A DNA stretch of 64,000 nucleotides from Iphione sp. A-MEVVRFRX5 (lineage: Eukaryota): assembly GCA_976226885.1 (NCBI GenBank), contig OZ320315.1, positions 46,066,001 to 46,130,000 of the forward strand, written 5' to 3'. Positions within the stretch are counted from its first letter, which is position 1. Each line of letters opens with the position of its first letter. The translations under genes were made by a program, and so were the position numbers. The notes below the pieces were generated by a model. It saw nothing but the letters and a program-made list of their open reading frames with translations, did no database searches and was not told where the DNA came from. Of the stretch, positions 24,622 to 33,853 are shown in pieces.

Positions 24622-25410
24622 TTACAATATAGGCCATAACAGTTTTTGATCCACTACAGGGTTCAACCTAGTTAGCCCTCCCTTAGAAATGAAATCGTGT
24701 GCTATGAAAGGGTATTTAGGGTGATCGTCCCATCTGGAGAGGGCATCGGCTAATACCATGTACTCCCCAGGGGTGTGTTCATACTCTAGCGTGAATTGTT
24801 GTTTTGCTTGGTGTAGCCAAAGGGATCTAGCACATCTCTGTAGTATTGGGTCCCTGGCCCTCCCAAATTTGTAGCTTTCTACTGCCGCCATGTTGTCACA
24901 GCGGATCTTAATTCTCTTGCCCTCATCCCTTTTACCAGTTAGGGTGACTACAGCGATTAGTAGGTTGACGCCCTCTACCTGGCTGATGTGGAGTCCTTCG
25001 CAGCAGTCAGGTATTTTGTGTGCATAGTAGTGCCTGTCATCAGCTGCTCCTATTCCACCCAGGGAGGCGTCTACCACTATTTCTCTGTCGACTACGATAT
25101 TCGGGATTATACCCACCCCATTCCAGGCTTCAAGATAATTGATGAACCACATCAGGTCCAACCTAGCATCATGATCTATGCGAATAAACCTCCCTTGCTG
25201 TTCCCTAAGGTTTTTTAACAGTCTGCCCAGGAAGACTCTAGCAGGAGGTACACACCGCGCCACCTGGAGGATCTTCCCGAGCAGGCTTTGGTAGTCATGG
25301 CGTGTTACTGACTTCTGCTTATAGACCTTGTGGACTATTTCTAGTATGTCTGTTAGCCTAGTCCATGGAATGGATACCGTCATCGCTTCTGTGTCTATGT
25401 CTATACCCAA
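24622..25410 (-). CDS. RT thumb plus RNase H (DIRS type), distal part of pol
   Basis: WLGIDIDT, LLGKILQVARCVPPARVFL, and RNase H acidic residues in VDASLGG, SQVEGVN, CDNMAAV and LADALSR. Confidence 0.9.
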   Translation of the reverse strand: MGIDIDTEAMTVSIPWTRLTDILEIVHKVYKQKSVTRHDYQSLLGKILQVARCVPPARVFLGRLLKNLREQQGRFIRIDHDARLDLMWFINYLEAWNGVGIIPNIVVDREIVVDASLGGIGAADDRHYYAHKIPDCCEGLHISQVEGVNLLIAVVTLTGKRDEGKRIKIRCDNMAAVESYKFGRARDPILQRCARSLWLHQAKQQFTLEYEHTPGEYMVLADALSRWDDHPKYPFIAHDFISKGGLTRLNPVVDQKLLWPIL

Positions 25411-26498
25411 CCAAGTGACCTTTGTATTTGGGTTTTGTGCCTTTCTTTTGCCTCTGGTAAGTTCAACTCACCAAACAGGTTACGGACTCTATCGAATGCA
25501 GCTATGGCTTTTTCTTCCGTGTCATTAACTCATATTGAGTCATCGAGATACATGTAGCCTACAATTCCTTCCTGCCTGATTATATGCATGATCACATCTG
25601 CGACCCGTTGCATGTGATTGGCTGAACATCTGGAGCCAAATGGGATAGTGGTATCAAAATAATACCGCTGATCCCACCTGAACCCCAGAAGCGGCCAATC
25701 CAATGGGCATGTAGGGAAATTTCTGTATGCCCTAGCTATATCAAGGGTTGCTAGGTACGGTTTATTTCCCATCTCCCTTATGCTTGTCATGAGTGCCTGA
25801 ATAGTAGGTAAGGAGTGGTCCCTCACGATTCCTAAGACCATATTCTTCCCTATGTATGCGTTGACCACCGCTTCTTCTGGGAAGGACATGTCCATAATCA
25901 CTCGTCTTTTATCGGGCTCCTTTTTGGGGCGTGTCATAAGAGGGGATGTATGGATCCAGGGATAGAAAGGAGGGCTACTGAACGGGCCATGGACTGCTCC
26001 TAATTCAATCTCCTTTTGTATGTAGTCTTGAATAGCCTGCGGGTGTTGGTTAGCAGAGGGATGATTATTCTGTTTCTGAGTTGGTAGAACTGGGCCCATA
26101 TACCCTAACGGGAAGCCATATGCTATTAGGTCTAATAGTTGTGTGTCATGGTATTTGTCTTGGAGATAATTGCGCCAAACGTGAATGTTAGTAATGCTTG
26201 GGACCTCAATGCGTGCCCCTAACAAGTTTGGTCTACCATCTTGTTTGACTAGGCTATAAATGTATGCAAGTGAGTGGTTGACCCTCGTTGCATCCACTGT
26301 CGGCCAGTTTTGTGCTTTATGGTGTGCTAATTGTTGGTAATTACATGCATGGACTATGTCACCATCGTCGTTTTTACAGATTGCACGGACAAGTTGAAAG
26401 TCTATACCAGGCGTACAGTCGTAATGGCCAAGTGATTGGCTATTCTCAGTCCTTGACTGGGCCTCCTCTACTCGTTTTTTGATGGTTGACGATTTTGA
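25411..26498 (-). pseudogene. Reverse transcriptase part of pol, with an in-frame TGA (25532-25530) and a 1-bp deletion (A-run 25444-25442)
   Basis: Motifs GFPLGY, RVIMDMS, LDIARAYRNF, PFGSRCSA and YLDD. After YLDDSI there is a TGA, then VNDTEEKAIAAFDRVRNLFGELNLPEAKE. One missing A shifts the frame into (K)AQNPNTKVTWLG. The frame is open upstream as far as the TAG at 26501-26499. Confidence 0.88.
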
Positions 26499-27718
26499 CT
26501 ATTATTGGCCTGGTAGTGCGATGCTCCGAATGTCTTACTCTGAAACTGCTGTGTAGTTTGCATGGCATTTTTCGAGTTTGAAGTGACCTTTGCTCTCTTA
26601 CCACATGCCACATTAGTGTGTGCATGTTTTGCACCGTTTAGTGCATAACGATACATGCACACATGTAAGAACCTGGTTTCCTGTTCAAGGTGAGATTCAG
26701 CCTTATGTGAACAGGAGCCCACGTTATACTGCGGACAAGGAACTTCCAGTACCTCAGCTGGGTTAACTGGAGCCATAGAGACCATTAAACGCTCATAAGC
26801 AATTTCATGTGAGCTAGACCAGCTGATTTCATTCCTCTCAATCATATCGAAAATGTTATTTGTCCACCTTCTAACATTCTTCCACGGGCGCCTCTGTGCG
26901 TCCTGTGTAATATGCAATAAGTGCTCAAGTACATAAGGTTTGTCTTGAATATGTATTGCAGTATCGTCTTTTAACATTGACAAATAAGATGGCAAAAATT
27001 CGCGATATGTCATACTCTCACGATACTCATTCTTTTGTTTGGGAGTGGTGATACCGTCCTTTTGGACGTACATGTGAGGTTTGGGAATCAAATTGCGGAT
27101 TCTCAAATCTACATTACCTCGAGTCTCGTTTGACTGTTGTAACCATGGAGCAGTTGCCTCTAGGAAGTTATCAATGTAATGTTGGACTGGGGCACCACTT
27201 CGAAGAGTAGAAGGCGGAGGTAGATATGCTGAGGAAGCTTGTTGTCGTCTTGGGAAGTAGGCAGTTGCTGGCTGCACGTGGGTCTGCGTTGGTTGCAACA
27301 GGTGTGTCTGAGGCCACGCCAGCGTTCCTTCGAGGTGCGTCGTCGGAGTTGTCAAACCGGTACTGCTTCGGACGTGTGGCGAAGGTGTGTGACTGGTAAC
27401 TGTCGTCGTAGTACCACGTTGTTGACCGGTAGGCACTGCGCTGACCCCAACGGACGTTTGGCTGGCCTGCTGGTGAACGGTCACGCCTGTGTTCTGCTGT
27501 CCTTCCGTATGTATTTCTCCGGAGGAAACGGCCTCTACAGGTGGCTGGGAGGTAGCAATGGAAGCTGTAAGAGACAAAATGTGAGACTTTAGTTGGGTGA
27601 TATCATCCATTGCCTTCTCTAGCCTTTCGAGGCGGTCGGTGACTTTCAATCTCGCAGCCTTTTCTTTTCCCGCAGCAGTTTTGCCTGGTGTGGCAGCCTT
27701 GTCAGCTGGTGCAGACAT
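26468..27718 (-). CDS. Gag-like ORF1 of the DIRS-like element (416 aa from MSAPADK)
   Basis: N-terminal coiled coil (DRLERLEKAMDDITQL), Thr/Gln/Pro-rich linker, conserved EHL..I.QDA...PWKNVRRW....IE....W block, and a C-terminal Cys/His knuckle CPQYNVGSC...HVCMYR...H...C. Confidence 0.82.
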   Translation of the reverse strand: MSAPADKAATPGKTAAGKEKAARLKVTDRLERLEKAMDDITQLKSHILSLTASIATSQPPVEAVSSGEIHTEGQQNTGVTVHQQASQTSVGVSAVPTGQQRGTTTTVTSHTPSPHVRSSTGLTTPTTHLEGTLAWPQTHLLQPTQTHVQPATAYFPRRQQASSAYLPPPSTLRSGAPVQHYIDNFLEATAPWLQQSNETRGNVDLRIRNLIPKPHMYVQKDGITTPKQKNEYRESMTYREFLPSYLSMLKDDTAIHIQDKPYVLEHLLHITQDAQRRPWKNVRRWTNNIFDMIERNEISWSSSHEIAYERLMVSMAPVNPAEVLEVPCPQYNVGSCSHKAESHLEQETRFLHVCMYRYALNGAKHAHTNVACGKRAKVTSNSKNAMQTTQQFQSKTFGASHYQANNSQNRQPSKNE

Positions 27719-27781
27719 CCTCGTAGTGCGGCTCTGTCGACAGCACACGACGAACAGAGGCAGAGGTACATGGCTGAAGGG

Positions 27782-27787
27782 TTTATA
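27782..27787 (-). promoter_or_regulatory. TATA box of the DIRS-like element
   Basis: GATATAAACCC about 65 nt upstream of the gag ATG (27718), followed by a pyrimidine-rich leader CTCTGCCTCTGTTCGTCG. Confidence 0.5.
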
Positions 27788-28679
27788 TCCAGGGCCCTGG
27801 TCACGGTTGGACAGGTTGCTAATGATTCGCCCTATTATACATGCCGTCCCATTTATTAGCTTGTAGATGTTGTAGGTATTATTCAGCCTCCTTAAATTCA
27901 TATCTATATTTTTACTTCTTTTTATGTTAATTTATTTACTTTTGTTATGCGATTGTTTTATACATAAAGCTGCTTGATCCATGTTTTTCGGATTAGATGA
28001 TCAAATGCTCAAAATGCATACTTTCTGTGATATTCATATATACTTGTAACCGGAATACCTCATGAACATCTTCATTCTTATCAATTAAGGGACTAGGATA
28101 GTATGCAGTATCAATCTCTGTTCTGGAGTTCTTTAATACTCTGAATACATTTGCTTTCAGACTTTCAAGAGAGAGAACAGAAAGGAGATGGTTGCACCGG
28201 TTACACCTACATTGTACATAACGTACACCTGTGTTATGTTAGGGTAAAATTTTCGTATCTATGTAACCACTGGAGCTATCCAACTTCATGTACATGTTTA
28301 CATGTGACTTGCAATGATTTCCTTTCGTTTCTTGTTTCGTAGAACCAATCTTGTTGGTTACAATGACCAATTAAAAGAACAAGAACAACTAATTTCATTG
28401 GTTGTACGATTTTGTACGATTAACTTCTTCCCAGAATTCTTTGCCAAACGAAACAGAGAACGGGTAAGCATCTGTAGCCAATATACTCATTCAACCCAGG
28501 AAAGCTACGTTTACAAACGGAAACTAGCAGTCCTACTGTGTAGTGGTGTGAGTTTTTGTTTGAATTTGATTTTTGAGTGTACATTAGCTGTGAAAAATAG
28601 TATTAGTACAGGGTGCCAAGGTGATTTTTTAATCAGTGGTACATACATTAGCACCCAGTAAGTTATGTGAAGAATGTCC

Positions 28680-29794
28680 GTAAACCTTTCTCGACGCTGG
28701 TTTATTCGACTTTTGCCTATTTTCAGTATAGAGAGCCAAAAATTTTTAGGGCAAGTGTTGAAGTGCCTGGCTATGGTGGTGTCTGATTTGGTATGTCAAA
28801 CTTGTGATTGCTAAACCTGTCACGTAAAGATTGTTAGGTTTGACCTATGTATTGGATGCCACATGCCGCACATGTGATAAGGTTTGCCAAATTGTTCCTC
28901 TGAGAGGATATTGTTTCATGAGTTTTGTTTGGACAGTTTAGGTATTTTACCCACACTTCCCCTGTTATATTGATTCTTGGACAGTTCATGTATTTATAGA
29001 TTAGTGGGCTCTTGCACTTGTTGATGGTGTTTGCAAGATTCTTCCTTGTTATTGGGGCACTAGTGATCTTAGCCCGTACTAGCATGTCTGACAGGTTTTT
29101 GTTTCATTTGAAGCCATGAATGACTTTATGTTGTGACAAAATTATGGCGAGTCGATTTAGTTTTTTTCTAGCAGTGGCCATTGTGCGTCTGTAGTCTTTC
29201 CTAGGTCTGGGTTGCCAAGGTCGTATAGGTGGTGACCACATGACACATCACTGGTGTCGCATTGATCTCTTCGGAAGGTCCATCAAGTAGTTCATTCCAG
29301 TCGAGTTTTAAAACATGTAGGGCAGCTTCCATGACAAGTTTGGTCAGGTAGCCATGTCCCAGCATATGTTTCCCCAATTTGGCCACGTGTAAAAAGAAGT
29401 CTTCAGGCCAGGTGCAGATGTGTCTGACCCAAACAAATTGTGAATACGGGATGGCATTCACACAGCTTCTTGGGTGACATGATTGGTATAGTAGATAGTT
29501 GTAAGTGTCAGTTGGTTTGGAGTACACAGCTATGTGTAGGTGTCCACTCTCGTTCGTAATGACTGTGGTATCTAGGAAATGGATTTCTCCATCTGAGTTT
29601 TCAAGGGTAAATTTTATGGTTTTATGTACAGAGTAGAGAGGGGAGTGGAATTTTAGAAGTTCAGCTTCCCCATGTGGCCACATTAAGAAGATGTCATCTA
29701 TGTAACTCAACCAAGTTGAGGGTTGCAGTGGGTGATTGTACACATGATCATCTTTAAATTTGCCCATGAATATATTGGTAAATGATTGGGCCAC
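28680..29794 (-). mobile_element. 5'-truncated, degenerate Penelope-like element (RT C-half plus GIY-YIG endonuclease)
   Basis: SFTNIFMG, WLSYIDDIFLMWPHG, IKFTLE..FLDTTV, VYSKPTD..YL.Y.SCHP and AIPYSQ, then a Cys linker and LITCAACGIQYIGQT*QSLRDRFSNH...ARHFN. Contains stops and frameshifts and begins abruptly near 29800. Confidence 0.9.
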
Positions 29795-32700
29795 ACGTCG
29801 TCTTTATTCCTCACATAACACAGGAAATATCAAAATGTACCTGATCTTTGACCTGAAACTATTTCCTAGTCCACCTAGTCATTTTGAAGACAGATTGAAG
29901 GCAAAATTAGTTTTCGTTCATACAAATACCATATTGCTATTAAAACTAAAGGCATTCGTTATCAAGAAATATGTGTGATTAGTGAAAGAAATCAAGTTTA
30001 ATTACAGACCAGGAATTACACTCAAAGAACTTCCAAATCAACACTGGTCCAAGTTAATGTCTATCCTGAGGAATATTTAAAACTCAAAGTAGAAGGCTAA
30101 TGCTTGAAGGTTTCGCTCAAATATTGTTTAAATCATTGTATATGTCTGTATGCGCATTGGCAGTTTGAAATCAAACTGAAAAATTACAGCGGAACCATCT
30201 AACCCTATGATATAAATGAATTTATAAAATGATATTGTAACACATGTACGTGTGTGTGAAAAAGATATAGCCATAAGCAAGCGTAGTAGTATTTTTTTCA
30301 GAAAAACAACTATAATATCTTATCGGCTATGTCATTACAGGAGGTCAAAACATGCTCTGATCGATCTTAGTATTCCTGCTCAGACTGCTTGGCTCTCCAA
30401 TGTCAAACAATAACACCTAATATGGTAATAATTAGGGGTGTAGGCTTACAATACAACCCCCCTGCCAAATACTTGGTCCTATATTTACGAATCTGATCCA
30501 TACGAATGGTAATAAATTTTGGTAGAAACGTGATTTACGACCCAGCGTAGAAGAAATGCGGACTGAGTGTCGGATATTGCCGGACATTCTTTCCATTAAG
30601 CGTAGCTTGTTTCGTTAATACACACAGCCCGCCCGCGCTTTTTGGCACCTTGGGTCTGATCAACCGTACCATGGGCGTTAATCAAACCTTGTGCTCACAG
30701 CAAGCTAACAGCGGGTGACATGGAAATCGCGTATAACTAATCTCTGCGAGCGCCAAGGCCTGTTGGGCTTAGTCAAGCTTCAAATGCTTCCTACTTGGAA
30801 ATATACATCCCCGAAAGTATGTTTATGTGGTTACAAATCTTCCCGAAGAAATAGTGCCAACTAAATTGGGATTGTACTTATCATTGCTGGTCAGTTACGT
30901 ATATTTACCATTACTTACACGTGCATCTAGAAGACTAATGTATTATTTGTCCACATAAATTTAACGCTGGTGAGTAAAAGATCAGTAGATATCATTAGAT
31001 TCATCTCGAAGGGTCTTTCACACCTGGTCAATTTCCGACAAATTCAACTGTGATATCTTTATTCCAAATTTAACAGTATCATCACACGCTCATTTAAATT
31101 TAACTGAAGCCCTGCTAGTGACACCTCTAGAAAATGACGAATTGTCTTTTTATCAAGGGAAGCACGATCTATTAAATAGTCCAACACGTACCATCCTTTT
31201 CTGATACGGAATTACGATAGTTTCTTAATATCATAGGACACTGGACGTCCAAGGCAGAACAGGCATTTTGCTGGTGGTTAGAGATGACCGCATATATCAC
31301 ACGTTTATTCAGAGCTGGAAATGTAAGCCTATAAAAATGTACGAGATAAAGGCCTGAAGCAAGAATGATTAGTCTCTGGTTTTGATGCACTCCCAATGCA
31401 GAAGACGAACGGGTGTCTTGCTGTCTTTCTTCTTTTTGTTGAAGGACATTGAACAAAGAACTGTTCGCTACGTGCATACATTTCACTTTTCAAAACTATG
31501 TATTCATTATTTTGGAAAATAGAGGGTGGCTCATTGAACAGGCTCATATCGGAGTAATCTGATTTTGCATGAAAATCGTAACCGGCTGACGGATAGTACT
31601 CACGAAAATGTTCAATGAATTTTGTTATTTTTTGTATCTAAATGATATTGACCAGTGTCCATTTAATACATATATTTAATTCTTTGCCAGAAGACTGAAA
31701 GGATTTTCAGTGAATCAACATTAAAACCATACGTTGTGCTATCGTGCTATATCAGTGGCGTGACCATGAATGGCATTTTGACCCTCATGCCATCCAAACA
31801 CTTGTATAAACATTCTTGAACCAAAAGAAAAAAGCACTTCAACTTGCGACCTCCACATTATAGAAATATAAAATTTAACCTGCTTTAAATCGTGTAAAAG
31901 AATCCAAAAGCGATGACATGAGGGGGAAAGGCCTCTAAGACATATGCAAATGCGATATTCTTATTCATCGAAGCAGCTCAAACAGTCTTTCCATCAATTC
32001 CAACAGTTCGGAAGCATTGATCGTGCTGCATTTGGTAGCCTTTTCACTGCTTTTTATTGAAGCCTGTTCATCTCTGTGATCTAAGAGGCTTATTGTAAGC
32101 CAGTCGAAATGGGCTAGACGAAAGCTTTAATCCACAAGTACGAAAGTTGCGTCGACCCCAGTGCATGAACGGTAAGTCAAAACAGGACGCACTTATTATC
32201 CATAGTATTGTTGGCCATGCAGTGCATATTCCTGGCAGTACTTGTTATATTTGGCCTGGACTGCAGGACGTGGCTTTTAGCTGGCATTGGCCACATTTGG
32301 CGCCGAGTCAATGGTTTGACGACCCCAATGTAGTGAGCAATTAATGCAACTATAATATTGAACAGCTGGTAGCTGTGCCATAGGAAGTTTGTTCGGTGCA
32401 GCTGTACGACCTGGAGGCCTTCGGCATGTACCATACAGTCCCTCCGGCCACACATTGAAGCTTATCTATGCCCAGTTGACTGAGAAAACATAGCCAGAGT
32501 CTAACACATAATTGTGAACGGGATATAGAGGTGAATATGTAAGAAACGGGTAGCTATACGGATCCGGCTTCACTTCGACTTCAGTTCCTGGCTGATATTA
32601 TTTCTAGACGTATAGCCTTTCCCATCCCCCGTCACCCCGGAGTCGGGACTCGGAGTTGTGTTTTGGAGACGTCGGTGCAGGAATGAAGAGACCATAAATG

Positions 32701-33112
32701 GACGCTATACGGCAGCCTGGAGACGTCGGAACGCTTTATATTTACAAACTCCTTGAAAGGTGTCCGACAAGGGACGAACACTACGCCGGTCGGTATAGAC
32801 TTGGCGGTCGTGACGGTGTGCGATCAGTTATCAACAGAGAGCCGTTCGATCCGCGCGTTCCCAACTGTATGCGGGCATATTTGGAGCCAGATCAATGGAG
32901 GAGGTAGGTCGCTGGTCTTCGCCTATCAGGCCTTGTCACAACGAATTTACTGAACATCAATCTTAGATGCTCCAATTGCAAAGTAGGAAGCGCCTTGTTT
33001 ATCACCGTGACAACAGGTGACAGGGCCGTACGGGTTCCTGGCGAAATCCGAAAGATATCTGTATGATAAAGGACCGTTTATAAATATAGTCTCCATAAGA
33101 CTGGGTTGTGCA

Positions 33113-33853
33113 ATGAAGAGGAGTGACGAGGAACGGGTCACCGCTCGGGACCATAAACTTTCCTTCGATGAGTATACAGGGAAGTTCTATTTCGAAAGTA
33201 AAATCGAGGGGCTGGAGAGGACATGTCGGATTCGACTCAGACACACAGAGGCCATGAATAAAGGTGAGACATTGAACCTCGACATTCAGAGGCGAAAGCT
33301 GGAGGGAAAGATGCACATCTTCGAAATGAAGAACTCGCGCGAGAGCGATGCGCTCAAGGAGAGTTTGCGAGACATCACAGCACATCGCAGTGCTCTGGAG
33401 GAAGTGGGCCGTAAGAACGACGTCGACCCGGAACGCAACGATAAGCTGGGCCGTTATGGACTGAATGCAACCCGGAAGGAGTTGCTTCCATTAATCGAGA
33501 TCGAGAAACAGAAGATGGACCCCACTTGGCGGAGGAAGCGGGAATGTGAACTCCTGCTCTCCCAGAGGAAGCCGATGCCCGTGATCGACAGACAGATGAC
33601 CACATCCCGCATAATGTTATCGTGGCGACGTCCCGACAAAGCAGTCAGCAACACGGTGGGAGGAGGAAAGCCAATGCCACAGCTCATACTGCCTCCACTC
33701 AAAGTTCAATTGTGTACTAAAAAGGGCCTGGCCAAGTCAGTGACAGGCAGTGTGGCCGATATGGAGGACGACGTGGATCCGGAAACGACATCGCTTCCGT
33801 CAGTCTTCATCACACACGTCCCCAAGTCAAGTGTGGTGCCAAATAACATTTAA
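33113..33853 (+). CDS. Intronless ORF, 246 aa from MKRSDEE, uncharacterised coiled-coil/charged protein
   Basis: 278 stop-free codons (33017-33853), GC-rich third positions and natural composition. Heptad-like LDIQRRKLEG...RESDALKESLRDI. No transposon motif recognised. Confidence 0.72.
   Translation: MKRSDEERVTARDHKLSFDEYTGKFYFESKIEGLERTCRIRLRHTEAMNKGETLNLDIQRRKLEGKMHIFEMKNSRESDALKESLRDITAHRSALEEVGRKNDVDPERNDKLGRYGLNATRKELLPLIEIEKQKMDPTWRRKRECELLLSQRKPMPVIDRQMTTSRIMLSWRRPDKAVSNTVGGGKPMPQLILPPLKVQLCTKKGLAKSVTGSVADMEDDVDPETTSLPSVFITHVPKSSVVPNNI

Larger units (their letters stand above)
23553..27790 (-). mobile_element. DIRS-superfamily tyrosine-recombinase retrotransposon (gag-RT-RNase H-YR), recently inactivated copy
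   Basis: Collinear gag, RT, RNase H and tyrosine recombinase frames, with no integrase or protease, which is the diagnostic DIRS/PAT/Ngaro gene set. TATAAA upstream of gag and AATAAA downstream of YR. The boundaries are approximate because no terminal repeats were found. Confidence 0.93.

Noticed and set aside
27719-27901. In-frame upstream extension of gag to the ATG at 27901 (ORF track, 477 aa)
   Set aside because: It lies upstream of and across the element's TATA box and has no gag-like character; the ATG at 27718 is preferred.
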